Positions 32,298 to 43,215 of a stretch of 64,000 nt of DNA are shown here, in pieces. The notes beneath the pieces were generated by a model. The model worked only from the letters and a program-made list of their open reading frames with translations. It made no database searches and was not told where the DNA came from. The translations under genes and the position numbers were made by a program. The DNA comes from Patescibacteria group bacterium (lineage in GTDB: Bacteria; Patescibacteriota; WWE3; UBA101185; 2-01-FULL-41-18). Location of the stretch: the NCBI GenBank assembly GCA_038064575.1, contig JBBTST010000012.1, positions 32-64,031 of the forward strand, in the 5' to 3' direction. How positions within the stretch are numbered: the first letter of the stretch is position 1; each line of letters starts with the position of its first letter.

Positions 32298-33284
32298 ATG
32301 AAAGTTGTTGTAACCAGAGAAATTCCCGCCAATGGCATTGAGGCTCTAAAAAAACAGTTTGGGGATGCTGTTAGTGTGCACTATGGACCTCCCATGTCAC
32401 ATGAACAATTACTGGAGTTTGTTAAAGGCGCTGATGCAATACTCTCTCTTTTAACAGATAAGATCTCTGAAGACGTTTTGGAAGCTGCGGGATCGCAACT
32501 TAAAGTAGTTTCAAATTATGCTGTAGGCTTTGACAACATTGATCTTGCAGCTTGTACTGCCAAAGGCATAGTTGTTACAAACACGCCCGGAGTTTTAACT
32601 GAGGCAGTTGCGGAACACGCTATAGCTTTAATGCTTTCATCAGCAAGAAGAATTGTAGAAGGAGATAAGTTCATGCGCGGGGGCAATTATAAATACTGGG
32701 AACCAATGTTTTTGCTAGGTCCCAAAATTTATGGAAAGACTTTGGGTATAATTGGTCTTGGAAGAATTGGTCATTATGTTGCAAAAATTTGTGCCAACGG
32801 GTTTGACATGAAAATTCTTTATTACGATGTGTCAAGAGATGACAAATTTGAAAATGAATTTAAAGCTCTGTACTGCGCGCTTGATGACTTGCTGGAAAAG
32901 TCTGATTTTATTTCTGTTCATGTCCCCCTTCTGCCCTCAACGCACCATCTTATTGGTGAAAGAGAATTCAAAAAAATGAAGCCAACAGCTGTGTTAGTAA
33001 ACACGTCAAGAGGCCCTGTTGTTGATGAATACGCTCTTGTAAGGGCTCTAAAAGAGAAATGGATTGAGGGAGCCGGAATTGATGTATTTGAATTTGAACC
33101 AAAAATTGCAGAGGGTCTTGCCCAGTTGGACAATATTGTTGTGACACCACACATTGCAAGCGCAACTCATGAGGCCAGAATAGAAATGGCAAGACTAGCT
33201 TCACAAGGCTTGATGAGCGTGTTGCTGGATAAAAAGCTTCCGGAAAATACCGTAAATAAAGACGTAAAAATGAAGTCGGCTTAA
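32298..33284 (+). CDS. D-2-hydroxyacid dehydrogenase (glyoxylate/D-glycerate type)
   Basis: VGFDNID, GLGRIG, NTSRG, DVFEFEP, TPHIAS. Confidence 0.93.
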   Translation: MKVVVTREIPANGIEALKKQFGDAVSVHYGPPMSHEQLLEFVKGADAILSLLTDKISEDVLEAAGSQLKVVSNYAVGFDNIDLAACTAKGIVVTNTPGVLTEAVAEHAIALMLSSARRIVEGDKFMRGGNYKYWEPMFLLGPKIYGKTLGIIGLGRIGHYVAKICANGFDMKILYYDVSRDDKFENEFKALYCALDDLLEKSDFISVHVPLLPSTHHLIGEREFKKMKPTAVLVNTSRGPVVDEYALVRALKEKWIEGAGIDVFEFEPKIAEGLAQLDNIVVTPHIASATHEARIEMARLASQGLMSVLLDKKLPENTVNKDVKMKSA

Positions 33285-33291
33285 CAAAAGT

Positions 33292-33972
33292 ATGCCCAAC
33301 TTGAAATCAAGTCTTAGGGATATCATTCTTGGCGGACAGGATGGCCTTGTGAATGTTCTTGGAGTTGTTCTTGGTGTTTCGGCAGCCACGTCAGATCTAA
33401 AAATCATCATGGTTTCAGGACTTGCTGCAACTTTTGCTGAAAGTATTTCTATGGCCGCCGTTGCTTATACCTCAACAGAAGCAAGCATGAGCAAATACCT
33501 TTCAGACCTTAAAGAAGAGGAAAAAGAAGTAGAAACAACACCTCAGGAAGGCTTACGTGATGTAGAACAGGTCTTTAGAAAATGGGGTTTTGAAGGAAAT
33601 TTACTGAGGGAAGCTACCTATAAAATTACTTCAAATAAAGACACCTGGACCAAATTTATGATGACTGAAGAAAGACGAGAGCAAAAAGATGGTTTTGAAA
33701 AACCTCTTGCTTCCGCTTTTATTGTTGGAACTTCCTCTTTACTTGGCTCAATTGTTCCACTTCTGCCTTATTTTATCTTAAGAACCCCACAAAGCTCTAT
33801 GGTCTACTCCATTATTATATCCGCTCTTTTTCTTTTTATTTTGGGGTTTACTAAGGCAAAGCTTACACTTGGCAACCCTTTTTCATCCGGGCTTAAAATT
33901 ACGGCTATCGGGATTGCCTCTGCTATTGTAGGATTTATAATAGGAAAAGTGCTAGGAGAATCAAATATATGA
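33292..33972 (+). CDS. VIT1/CCC1-family Fe/Mn transporter
   Basis: ILGGQDGLV, AESISMAA, C-terminal TM helices. Confidence 0.9.
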   Translation: MPNLKSSLRDIILGGQDGLVNVLGVVLGVSAATSDLKIIMVSGLAATFAESISMAAVAYTSTEASMSKYLSDLKEEEKEVETTPQEGLRDVEQVFRKWGFEGNLLREATYKITSNKDTWTKFMMTEERREQKDGFEKPLASAFIVGTSSLLGSIVPLLPYFILRTPQSSMVYSIIISALFLFILGFTKAKLTLGNPFSSGLKITAIGIASAIVGFIIGKVLGESNI

Positions 33973-35141
33973 ACATAATAATGTATGGGGCAACCTGGTG
34001 TGTTGATTGTAAAAGAGTAAAGAGCCTACTGGGTCAACATAAAGTTTCCTATAAGTATATAGATATTGAGCAAAACAAAAACGCTGCTCAAAAAGTTATT
34101 GAACTTAACAAGGGATTATCTGTAGTTCCTACTTTTGAGATTGACGGGGATATTTTAACTAATCCTTCAAACTCTGTTCTACTTCAAAAACTTAAACTCA
34201 AAGAAGAAAACAAGACTCATTACTGCGATTTAATAGTGGTTGGGGGGGGACCTTCCGGTCTAACTGCCGCAATTTATACAACGCGGGAGGGCGTGGAAAC
34301 CGAAATCTTTGAAAAAAAAGCACTTGGTGGACAAGCTGCAGTCACAGATAGGATAGAAAACTATCCCGGCTTTCCTGAAGGAGTTTCAGGCTTGGATTTG
34401 TCCCAAAAGATGGCTAAACAGGCAGAAGAGTTTGGTGCAAAAATTAGAACCGGAATTGAGGTTACCAAAATCATTGATAGCGGAAAATATAAAACTGTTG
34501 AAACAACAGAAGGCCCGTTTCACGCCCAAACCGTTCTTTTGTCCCTGGGAACCGAATACAAAAAACTCAAGGTTCCAGGGGAGGATGAGCTTATAGGACG
34601 CGGAATTCATTTCTGCGCAACTTGCGATGGGCCGTTTTATAGAAATAAAGAAGTAATTGTGGTTGGTGGCGGCAATTCAGCAATGCAGGAAGGCCTATTC
34701 TTAACAAGATTTGTAAACAAAGTTACGCTTATTGTTTGGGGAGATAAACTTACAGGTAGCGACTTCATGGTTGAGAAAGTTACAACCGATCCCAAGTTTG
34801 ATATTCATTACAACTTAGCAACAACAAAGCTTGAAAAAGTTGATAACAAAATGGTATTCCATGCAACAAACAGGGTAACTAACAGGGAAGAAATTTATAA
34901 AACTGACGGAATTTTTGTTTTTATTGGTTTAAGGCCTAACACCGAATTCTTGAAAGCTTCCGGAGTGGAACTTGATGACAGAGGATTTATTAAAACAGAT
35001 AAGCTATTGATGACTACTATCAAGGGGGTTTTTGCATCAGGTGACTGTAGATCAGGATCGACTCTTCAGATAGCCTCAGCCGTAGGTGAGGGCGCCGTTG
35101 CTGCCTTAATGATTAGAGAATACCTAAAAGAAAATAGTTGA
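33969..35141 (+). CDS. Glutaredoxin-like domain fused to thioredoxin reductase
   Basis: N-terminal WCVDC...VPT, then GGGPSG, CATCDG, GGGNSA. Confidence 0.9.
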   Translation: MNIIMYGATWCVDCKRVKSLLGQHKVSYKYIDIEQNKNAAQKVIELNKGLSVVPTFEIDGDILTNPSNSVLLQKLKLKEENKTHYCDLIVVGGGPSGLTAAIYTTREGVETEIFEKKALGGQAAVTDRIENYPGFPEGVSGLDLSQKMAKQAEEFGAKIRTGIEVTKIIDSGKYKTVETTEGPFHAQTVLLSLGTEYKKLKVPGEDELIGRGIHFCATCDGPFYRNKEVIVVGGGNSAMQEGLFLTRFVNKVTLIVWGDKLTGSDFMVEKVTTDPKFDIHYNLATTKLEKVDNKMVFHATNRVTNREEIYKTDGIFVFIGLRPNTEFLKASGVELDDRGFIKTDKLLMTTIKGVFASGDCRSGSTLQIASAVGEGAVAALMIREYLKENS

Positions 35142-35201
35142 AAAAGGCGGACATTGTTTTGCAAAGCCCGCCCGTGTAATTCGTGTTAGAGGTCTTCTTT
35201 C

Positions 35202-35615
35202 TTAATACACCTTCCAGTAAACATAAATGAAACCTGCCGCAAGCAGAAGACAGAGAACTCCTAATAGGTCCCACACGCTAGAGGAACTAGTATAGTCGCC
35301 AACCTCCATTATGGTAAGCGGATCCAGGGGATCATAGAATACAAAAATCTTCTCCCCAATCCTTGGAAGCCTGTTGCGAATGTGAAGCTCTGCCCTTCTT
35401 TCAACCCCTTCAACTTCATAGGTAACCACAGGAACTTGAAAAGTGGTTCTAAAGCCATAGGGTATGTAATCCACAACCTCAGCTTGAACCCTGATTCCTG
35501 TAGCAAGTAGCCTCCTTGCAGTTATACGGTTATCTTCTGCAGCAACCAGAAAAATAACCCCAACAACAATTAGCGCTATGCAGAAAGCTAGCACTTTGCC
35601 TTTTTGTACTGTCAT
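35202..35615 (-). CDS. Two-TM membrane protein (DUF3592-like)
   Basis: TM - beta domain (GEKIFVFYDP) - TM; AAGGAG SD. Confidence 0.7.
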   Translation of the reverse strand: MTVQKGKVLAFCIALIVVGVIFLVAAEDNRITARRLLATGIRVQAEVVDYIPYGFRTTFQVPVVTYEVEGVERRAELHIRNRLPRIGEKIFVFYDPLDPLTIMEVGDYTSSSSVWDLLGVLCLLLAAGFIYVYWKVY

Positions 35616-35702
35616 TATCTAAACTCTCCTTTCAGAATATGTGTAAAGTAACATTAAATTGTCAGAAGATCAAAAGAACATGAAGTTTAACCCACTCTGG
35701 CA

Positions 35703-36098
35703 TCAGGCACCTGTGTTTTGTACAACGGAGGGCTCCACAAAGACTTTTACTTCCGCGAGTAACTCTTTTTTGGAAATACGGGCCTTAAGCAAATACCCTG
35801 TAGCACCAAGATCAAAGGCTTTTTTAACAAGTTCATCCTGGGCTAAATTTGTAAGCATAACCACAGGAACGCTATTATCAATACCCCTCATCTCGTCCAA
35901 AACCACCATACCGTCTTTCTCAGGCAACAAGATATCTAAAAGTACAAGGTCATAATGCTTGGACTTATACTTTTCCACAGCATCATGCCCATCAGATGCC
36001 TCTTCAACAATATAGCCATCCTCCTTCAAAAAAAGCGAATAAAGCTCGCGGATAAAAGCTTCGTCCTCTACAAGTAAAATTTTCTTAGGGTCTGACAT
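35703..36098 (-). CDS. Single-domain response regulator (receiver)
   Basis: LLVEDE, LLDILLP, MLTN, YLLK; start MSDPKK. Confidence 0.9.
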   Translation of the reverse strand: MSDPKKILLVEDEAFIRELYSLFLKEDGYIVEEASDGHDAVEKYKSKHYDLVLLDILLPEKDGMVVLDEMRGIDNSVPVVMLTNLAQDELVKKAFDLGATGYLLKARISKKELLAEVKVFVEPSVVQNTGA

Positions 36099-36133
36099 TG
36101 AGTTAATTCTAGGGAGTTGGTAAGATACAGTCA

Positions 36134-36775
36134 ATGCGAGTTCTGAAAGACAATGCTCCGGTAATAATAATAGTTGCACTAACAGTGCTCTCTTTTGTGG
36201 GTATTCTTTATTTAGCCTCAAAACAAGAGAAAACCCAAGAGGGACAAACAGAGGTTAAGTCTGAAGAACTTCTTACTGAGGGCACCTATGTCAAAGGAGA
36301 AGCGAGCGCTTCTGCCACTCTTGTTGAATTCTCTGACTTTCAATGTCCAGCCTGCAAACTCTTTTACCCTATTATTAAAAGTCTAGAAAAAAAGTATGAA
36401 GGAAAATTAAGAGTTGCATACAAACACTACCCTCTTCCACAGCACCAATATGCTCAAAAAGCTTCCGAGGCGGCCGAAGCTGCTGGAGCACAGGGCAAGT
36501 TCTTTGAGTATCATGACATCTTGTTTGAAAACCAGGAAAAACTCACAGTTGAGGACCTTAAAAGTTACGCAAGAGAGCTTGGTTTAAATGAAGAGCGGTT
36601 TAATAGTGATTTGGACTTAGGAAAATACGCTTCAAAAGTGAAGGCAGACGTTGCACTTGGTACCAAACTTGGCGTTGATTCAACCCCAACATTCTACTTA
36701 AACGGAAAAAAAATGAAATTGAAGTCAATAAATGACCTTGAGAACCAAATTTTGGAAATACTAAATTCCAATTAG
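36134..36775 (+). CDS. DsbA-family oxidoreductase
   Basis: EFSDFQCPAC, GVDSTPTF, TM anchor. Confidence 0.92.
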   Translation: MRVLKDNAPVIIIVALTVLSFVGILYLASKQEKTQEGQTEVKSEELLTEGTYVKGEASASATLVEFSDFQCPACKLFYPIIKSLEKKYEGKLRVAYKHYPLPQHQYAQKASEAAEAAGAQGKFFEYHDILFENQEKLTVEDLKSYARELGLNEERFNSDLDLGKYASKVKADVALGTKLGVDSTPTFYLNGKKMKLKSINDLENQILEILNSN

Positions 36776-36808
36776 CTTTTAAGGATTTTACCTCACCAAA
36801 TTTTACTG

Positions 36809-37453
36809 TTAATTTTTAAAAGCTGAAGGACAAATTTGATTTAATGGGCAGTCTTGGCATTTGGGTCTTCTTGCTACACAAATATATCTACCTAGCAACA
36901 CAAGAGCCGAACTTAGAAATCTCCAGTCTTTTTGATGAAAAACAAGCATTAAATCCTTCTCTATTTTTACAGGGTTCTTCTCTTTGGTTAGACCAAGTCG
37001 TTGCGAAACTCTTGATATATGTGTATCAACAACAAAACCCTCCGCCTTGTCAAAAACCTCGTTTAAAATCACATTTGAGGATTTTCTGGCAATTCCGGGA
37101 AGCTTCAAAAGCTTTTCCATACTATTTGGAACAACGCTACTAAAGTCGCCCACAAGAGTTTTAGCCATTAAGCTTAAAGATTTGGCCTTATTATTAAAAA
37201 AGTTCACGCTTTTGATATAACTTTTTATGTCTTCAATATCCGCCTCTGCCAGGCTTTCCGGGGTTGGAAATCTTTTGAAAAAGTTTGGTGTTACTTTGTT
37301 TACAAGTTTATCTGTACACATTGCGGCCATAATCACTGCACACACAAGCTGATATGGATTGTCAAAGTTAAGTTCGGTTTTAGGGTTTTTATAGGAGCTT
37401 CTTAAAATGTGTGTTACTTCCAAGGACAACTCCTTAAAATGGGCAACTGACAT
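36809..37453 (-). CDS. nth: Endonuclease III
   Basis: HhH LPGIARK, VDTH, C-x6-C-x2-C-x5-C Fe-S motif. Confidence 0.95.
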   Translation of the reverse strand: MSVAHFKELSLEVTHILRSSYKNPKTELNFDNPYQLVCAVIMAAMCTDKLVNKVTPNFFKRFPTPESLAEADIEDIKSYIKSVNFFNNKAKSLSLMAKTLVGDFSSVVPNSMEKLLKLPGIARKSSNVILNEVFDKAEGFVVDTHISRVSQRLGLTKEKNPVKIEKDLMLVFHQKDWRFLSSALVLLGRYICVARRPKCQDCPLNQICPSAFKN

Positions 37454-37494
37454 ATCCCAAACTATAACAAATAAATTTAACTTATAATACTTAT

Positions 37495-38964
37495 ATGAAG
37501 TTTTTTAAAGCCTTAATAAAGCTCTTTCTAACTCTTCTTTTATTCGCTTGCGTTGGCCTAATTCTTTACAAAGCCGGAATTCCCAAAAACAGCCTGGCAT
37601 TTGCAGTACTTGGTAAACCTATTGAAATAAGCCTTGTTGGGACGGGCTCTATGTACCCAACACTTTACTGGGACAACAAGCAGGGAGGTCCTGAATCAAA
37701 GGAAGAGGCTGCACAGGAAAATCCCCACAGAGTCACTCCAAAACTGTATCTTGCACTAAGGTTAAAATACAAAGATCTTGAATTTGAAAAACCAAAAATA
37801 GGATTTGGGGATCTAGTTTCTTTCACCAAAAATGACGAGCATTTCATCAAAAGGGTTATAGGACTTCCGGGGGATGAAATTGAACTTATAGACGGCTATG
37901 TTATAAGAAATGGACACAAACTTAAAGAAGCTTATACAAATAAGGATCGGTCAACTTTTGGAAATGAAGGGTTTTTAGAATGTAAAAAAACAACCATACC
38001 AAAAGATATGTATTTTGTACTTGGCGATAATAGAAAATTAAGCCTTGATTCAAGATCAGAACTCGGGTTCATAGCAAAAAGTGAGATTGGCTTTATTTTG
38101 CCTTTTGATAAGCAGGCTGATTTGAAAACAAAATATAGATTTTCAGGAGTTGAAGAAGATAAAACTCTTAAACCAACTCTTGTAGCTTCCGACTTTGTTA
38201 CAAAAGCAAATGAACTCAGACTAAAGGAGGGTTTAAAACCACTTAAACTAAATGAGCTTCTTAACAAATCCGCATATCTTAGAGGAGATTATATAATCAC
38301 AAACAATAATTTTTTATCCAGAGATCAAAAAGGAAATAAGCTATTTCTTAAAGAAATGGAGAGAAGCGGTTACTCAAATGTTTTGGCTGCGGAGGACGTG
38401 ATACAAGGTTATCTTGATTCGGACGAACTGCTAGAATTAAGACTCGAATTCAAAGAACTCAAAGAGCTTATCTTTAGCAAAGATTATGAAGATATTGGTG
38501 TGGCTACCGTAAACAAGAACTTAAACGGGTGTCCAACCCAGATAATAGTTTTACATTTTGGCGGCTTTATTCCTCCAGTATATAACAAGGCAACCCTGGA
38601 GAGTTGGGAAAGTGCTTATAAATCAGCCTTAGAAAACTCTCAAAGGTGGAAGGGCTTACAAGGGAACGATTTCTACAATGAGTTGGATTTGAAAGAACTT
38701 ATAACTTTGTTTGAGGAGGCCGTTGAAATTTCAAAAGGAGTCCTGGATAAGATCATAAATCTGGAATGGCTGACCCCACAGGACGAACTTAAAATTAAAC
38801 GCTATGAGACGCTTATTTCAGAGATCAACAAACTCTCAGAAAAAATTAATAACAGCGCAAAAGAAAAAACTAATACGTTAAAACAGGATAATTACTTAGC
38901 TTGCCTTGATAACTGGGAACTTTTTGTCAAAAACAAAGAAGATTGCAAGAAATACCTTAAGTAA
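37495..38964 (+). CDS. Signal peptidase I domain fused to CAP/SCP-like domain and helical tail
   Basis: GSMYPTL, IKRVIGLPGD, GDNR..SLDSR; then ANELRLKEGLKPL, YEDIGVA, IVLHFG. Confidence 0.85.
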   Translation: MKFFKALIKLFLTLLLFACVGLILYKAGIPKNSLAFAVLGKPIEISLVGTGSMYPTLYWDNKQGGPESKEEAAQENPHRVTPKLYLALRLKYKDLEFEKPKIGFGDLVSFTKNDEHFIKRVIGLPGDEIELIDGYVIRNGHKLKEAYTNKDRSTFGNEGFLECKKTTIPKDMYFVLGDNRKLSLDSRSELGFIAKSEIGFILPFDKQADLKTKYRFSGVEEDKTLKPTLVASDFVTKANELRLKEGLKPLKLNELLNKSAYLRGDYIITNNNFLSRDQKGNKLFLKEMERSGYSNVLAAEDVIQGYLDSDELLELRLEFKELKELIFSKDYEDIGVATVNKNLNGCPTQIIVLHFGGFIPPVYNKATLESWESAYKSALENSQRWKGLQGNDFYNELDLKELITLFEEAVEISKGVLDKIINLEWLTPQDELKIKRYETLISEINKLSEKINNSAKEKTNTLKQDNYLACLDNWELFVKNKEDCKKYLK

Positions 38965-38993
38965 ATCAGTATGTGTCTTGCAGCTTTTATAAA

Positions 38994-39941
38994 TTACAAT
39001 AGGCTTAGCTGGCTATCATCTTTTTCAAGAAGCTTTTTATCCGACTTAATCTCTACCGAGCCATCCTCTTTTAGCTCAAAACCTAACCTTCCAATAAGAG
39101 ACTTAAAATTGTATTTCTTAAGCTCTTTAGCAACTTCTAACTTATCTATAGCTCTAATCTTACATTCTGTAGGCAAGAACTCAACCGGGGCATCAAGAGC
39201 AATGGTAGCAAGCTTTTTGCATAAAAACGCCATTTCCTTGTCCTGTAGCAATTTTCTTTTAAGGCTTTCCGGCTTTAACTCATCAATATTTTTGTATAAG
39301 TTTTCAATAGTTCCATACTTTTTGATAAGCTCTGTAGCTGTTTTTTCCCCAATACCCAAAACCCCGGGAAGATTATCACTTGAATCTCCTCTCAAGGCTT
39401 TAAATTCAATTATTTGTAAGGGATCAAAGCCATACTTTTGTTTAAATTCACTTGCTCCAAAAAAGCTGCCTCCTTCTTTGGAAGAAGCATCAGGATAAAA
39501 CACTTTTATATGAGGGGACAAAAGTTGTTGCACATCTCTATCATTTGAAACAAGCACTACGTCAAAGCCTAACGCATCAGCTTTATGGGCAAGAGTTCCT
39601 ATCATATCGTCAGCCTCAAAACCTGTCACGTTTGCCTTTTTAATTCCAAAACAGTCAATTATCTGCATTATTGGGGCAAACTGAACTGACAAATCTGCAT
39701 CCATTTCTTTTCTGTTTTTCTTGTATGGAGCAAAAAGTTTATCTCTGAATGTAGGTTGATCATCATCAATTGCAGCTATTACATGAGTTGGTTTTAAAGC
39801 ACCTAATGTGGAGATTAACATTGAGGTAAAACCATAAATCGCGTTTGTTGGCTTACCACTTTCAGATTTAAAAGACTTTGGAAGAGCATGATAAGCTCTG
39901 TGAATATAATTTGCTGTGTCAATAAGTAAAAGTCTATCCAT
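38994..39941 (-). CDS. 5'-3' exonuclease / flap endonuclease (PolA N-terminal-like, stand-alone)
   Basis: LLIDT, EADD, GDSSDNLPGVLGIGEKTA; no polymerase domain. Confidence 0.9.
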   Translation of the reverse strand: MDRLLLIDTANYIHRAYHALPKSFKSESGKPTNAIYGFTSMLISTLGALKPTHVIAAIDDDQPTFRDKLFAPYKKNRKEMDADLSVQFAPIMQIIDCFGIKKANVTGFEADDMIGTLAHKADALGFDVVLVSNDRDVQQLLSPHIKVFYPDASSKEGGSFFGASEFKQKYGFDPLQIIEFKALRGDSSDNLPGVLGIGEKTATELIKKYGTIENLYKNIDELKPESLKRKLLQDKEMAFLCKKLATIALDAPVEFLPTECKIRAIDKLEVAKELKKYNFKSLIGRLGFELKEDGSVEIKSDKKLLEKDDSQLSLL

Positions 39942-39949
39942 CAGAGAAA

Positions 39950-41839
39950 TTAACCCAAGGGTTTAGTTACCTTAATACCAACCAGCGTTTCAAATTCTTC
40001 AGCTTCTAATGTTTCTTTTAGCATTAGCTCCTGGGCTACCTTTATAAGCTTATCTTTATGTTCAGTTAAAATCTTTAATGCGTCCTCATGCGATTTATCT
40101 ATTATCTTTCTAACTTCCTGATCTATTTTTGAAGCCATCTCTTCACTATATGGTTTAGACTCCCCCATTTGCATAGCAAGCCAATAGCGTGAACCCTCAG
40201 AGTTATAAGAAATGGGTCCAAGGTCACTCATACCAAATTCTGTTACCATCTTTCTTGCAATCTCAGTTGCCTTTTCTATATCATTTGAAGCCCCAACAGT
40301 TATGTCCCCAAACATAAGCTCTTCAGCAGACCTGCCCCCAAGAGAAGTTGTGATCATAGATAAAAGCCTGGATTTAGAGTCATTAAAGCGCTCGGACGTA
40401 GGTGGGAAAAGAGTAAAACCTAAAGACATGCCTCTGGAAATAATTGAAATTCTATGAACAGGATCCATACCTTTAGTAAAAGCCGCTACCACGGCATGTC
40501 CGGCCTCATGATAGGCAACCACCTTACGCTCCTCCTCCGTCTGAAGTTTTTTCTTTTCCGGCCCAAGCTGAACCTTTAGAGCTGCTTCCTCAACATCTTT
40601 TTCATCCACGGCCTTTTTACCAAGACTTGCAGCAAGTATTGCCGCTTCATTTATCATATTTTCAATATCCGCACCTGAAAAACCAACAGTTCTTCTGGCA
40701 AGTCTTTCTGTATTCACCCCATCCACAAACGGTTTACCTCTCATATGTATTTTGATAATTTCTTCACGTTCTCTTAAATCCGGCAAAGAAATTACAACTC
40801 TTCTGTCAAATCTTCCCGGACGCACTAAAGCCGGATCCAGCATATCTGGCCTATTTGTAGCTGCTATAACAATAACGCTAACTCTTGGATCAAACCCATC
40901 CATCTCAACCAAAATCTGATTGAGTGTCTGTTCACGCTCATCATGCCCTCCCCCAATACCCATACCTCTTTGCCTACCAATCGCATCAATTTCGTCAATA
41001 AAAATAAGAGCCGGTTGAGCAGCTTTTGCCATATCAAAAAGATCTCTTACTCTTGCGCTTCCCACTCCAACAAGCATTTCCATAAACTCACTGCCGGCTA
41101 CGCTAAAGAAAGGTACTCCTGCCTCACCTGCAATCGCTTTGGCAAGCATAGTTTTTCCAACTCCAGAAGGCCCAACCAGCAAGACTCCTTTTGGAACTCT
41201 GGCACCAAGCGCCCTGTATTTACCCGGGTTTTTAAGAAAATCCACTATTTCAACAAGCTCTCTCTTAGCCTCATCGTTTCCGGCAACGTCCGTAAATTTA
41301 AGTTGGGGGCTGTTTTTATTAAAGAGCTTTGCTTTTGATTTACCAAAAGCAAAAACATCGTTTCCCGCACCTCTAACCTGTCTGAATAAAAACAAAATGA
41401 ATAGTATTGGGAGGGCAATTTGGGCAACATTTATCCAAAAAGCAGCCCAGGGGATGGTTTGTTTGACTTCAATTCCTTCAGAGATTTTATTTTTATCAAT
41501 CGAGTTATTTGTAAGCATCTCATCAAAACTTATGGATGGTTCTTTTTCTGAAGTAAAACTACTTCCATCTTTCAGATCAACTTTAACTTTATCTTCATGT
41601 ACGGTAACTTTAGTTACCTTATCTTCAAGTATAAGTTTATAAACATCTGAAATAGGTTTTTTGACCGTGGTTGCTTGTTCCTGAATATATGGGGAAATAA
41701 CACTTAAAAGTATAAGCCCTAGTAACAGGTAAAAAAAGACGTTTGTGAAAATGCTCTTTTCAGGCGTTTTGTTCAACCCATTACTTCCAATTCCCTTGAA
41801 AAAAGTTTGTTTGTGATTTTTTTTAACATCTTTAGGCAT
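39950..41839 (-). CDS. ftsH: ATP-dependent zinc metalloprotease FtsH
   Basis: [27 protein letters not shown]. Confidence 0.97.
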   Translation of the reverse strand: MPKDVKKNHKQTFFKGIGSNGLNKTPEKSIFTNVFFYLLLGLILLSVISPYIQEQATTVKKPISDVYKLILEDKVTKVTVHEDKVKVDLKDGSSFTSEKEPSISFDEMLTNNSIDKNKISEGIEVKQTIPWAAFWINVAQIALPILFILFLFRQVRGAGNDVFAFGKSKAKLFNKNSPQLKFTDVAGNDEAKRELVEIVDFLKNPGKYRALGARVPKGVLLVGPSGVGKTMLAKAIAGEAGVPFFSVAGSEFMEMLVGVGSARVRDLFDMAKAAQPALIFIDEIDAIGRQRGMGIGGGHDEREQTLNQILVEMDGFDPRVSVIVIAATNRPDMLDPALVRPGRFDRRVVISLPDLREREEIIKIHMRGKPFVDGVNTERLARRTVGFSGADIENMINEAAILAASLGKKAVDEKDVEEAALKVQLGPEKKKLQTEEERKVVAYHEAGHAVVAAFTKGMDPVHRISIISRGMSLGFTLFPPTSERFNDSKSRLLSMITTSLGGRSAEELMFGDITVGASNDIEKATEIARKMVTEFGMSDLGPISYNSEGSRYWLAMQMGESKPYSEEMASKIDQEVRKIIDKSHEDALKILTEHKDKLIKVAQELMLKETLEAEEFETLVGIKVTKPLG

Positions 41840-41866
41840 AGTACGCGCTACAGTATATCATGAAGT

Positions 41867-42865
41867 TTAATAATTTAGCTTCAATGCGTTTTTTACTAAA
41901 TCTAACGTTTGCTTTGCTTCCAGTCTTACTTTTTTTATCCCCGCTTGAAGGATATCTTCCACCTTTTTGGGGCTGGAATTATAAAATGCTCTTTGCTGCC
42001 TAATTGGTTCCAAAAACTCATCAAGAGCCTTGAATAGCTTTTCTTTGACCTCAATATCCCCCACTTTTCCAATTTTGTAACGATTCTTCAAATCCTCAAC
42101 TTCTCTCTTATCTTGATTGAAGGCATCATGATATATAAATATTGGATTGCCTTCAACTCTCCCAGGGTCGGTTGCATGAACTCGTGCCGGATCTGTATAC
42201 ATCTTCATAACTTTTCTTTTTACCTCCTCTGAAGAATCGCTTAAAAAAATGCAGTTGTCTAAAGATTTTGTCATTTTAGCGTTCCCATCTGTTCCAACAA
42301 GCCTTGCTACTCTTCCAACCAACCCTTGAGGTTCTTTTAGTACTTCCTTAAAAGTTGTGTTAAATTTCCTTGCAATCTCTCTAGTCAACTCCACATGTGG
42401 GCTTTGATCCTCCCCAACCGGAACAAGATCCGCATTGACGCACAAAATGTCTGCGGCCATCAATAATGGGAAATTTAAAAATCCCATTGAAAAGGTATCC
42501 CCTAAATTTTTATCTCTAATTTCATCTTTAATAGTTGGGTTTCTAAGAATAGTGTTATGAGAGGTAAGCATGCTAAATATGATCCCAAGTTCATAAATTT
42601 CAGGCACTGCCGATTCTGTAAAAAAAGCAACTTTCTCAGGATCAAGCCCTACTGAAAGATTATCTTTCAGTACATCAAGCACTGAATCATTAACTATTTG
42701 AACGTTTGTAATGTACTTTGGATAGGCAAGTGCATGCATATCAGCAAGAATTACAAAAGTTTCATAAGAATCCTGAAGCTTTAACCTATTTTCAAGACTT
42801 CCTACAAAATGCCCAATGTGAAGTTGGCCTGTTGTATTGTCTCCGGTTAAAATTCTTTTTTTCAT
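41867..42865 (-). CDS. trpS: Tryptophanyl-tRNA synthetase
   Basis: HIGH, VPVGEDQ, KMTKS, MYTDP; start MKKRI. Confidence 0.95.
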   Translation of the reverse strand: MKKRILTGDNTTGQLHIGHFVGSLENRLKLQDSYETFVILADMHALAYPKYITNVQIVNDSVLDVLKDNLSVGLDPEKVAFFTESAVPEIYELGIIFSMLTSHNTILRNPTIKDEIRDKNLGDTFSMGFLNFPLLMAADILCVNADLVPVGEDQSPHVELTREIARKFNTTFKEVLKEPQGLVGRVARLVGTDGNAKMTKSLDNCIFLSDSSEEVKRKVMKMYTDPARVHATDPGRVEGNPIFIYHDAFNQDKREVEDLKNRYKIGKVGDIEVKEKLFKALDEFLEPIRQQRAFYNSSPKKVEDILQAGIKKVRLEAKQTLDLVKNALKLNY

Positions 42866-43015
42866 ATAATGAAATTCCTTCTTAAACAGTAACAAATAAA
42901 CTTGATTTTGAAAAAGGGAAAGCAAAAATTGTGGCTTAATGCCACCAGATACAAGAAGTATTTTGATTAGACAGGAAGCTAAATTCCATAACCTAAAAAC
43001 AATTCTACCAGATTT

Positions 43016-43090
43016 TGGTGCCAGCGGTAGGAATCGAACCTACGACATGGGCTTTATGAGGGCCCCGTTCCACCATTGAACTACGCTGGC
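43016..43090 (-). tRNA. tRNA-Met(CAT), probably elongator
   Basis: GCCAGCG...CGCTGGCACCA, G1-C72 paired, loop CTCATAA; C31-A39 mismatch. Confidence 0.88.
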
Positions 43091-43215
43091 CTAAAAACTT
43101 GCGGTATTATATCATGCTACCAAAGAACTAAGATAAAAATAAGTCAAAGGAGAGACTTATCCCACATTTTGATACTTAGCTTTGGATGACCTTCCGGATA
43201 AAGAAAGGAGTCAAT

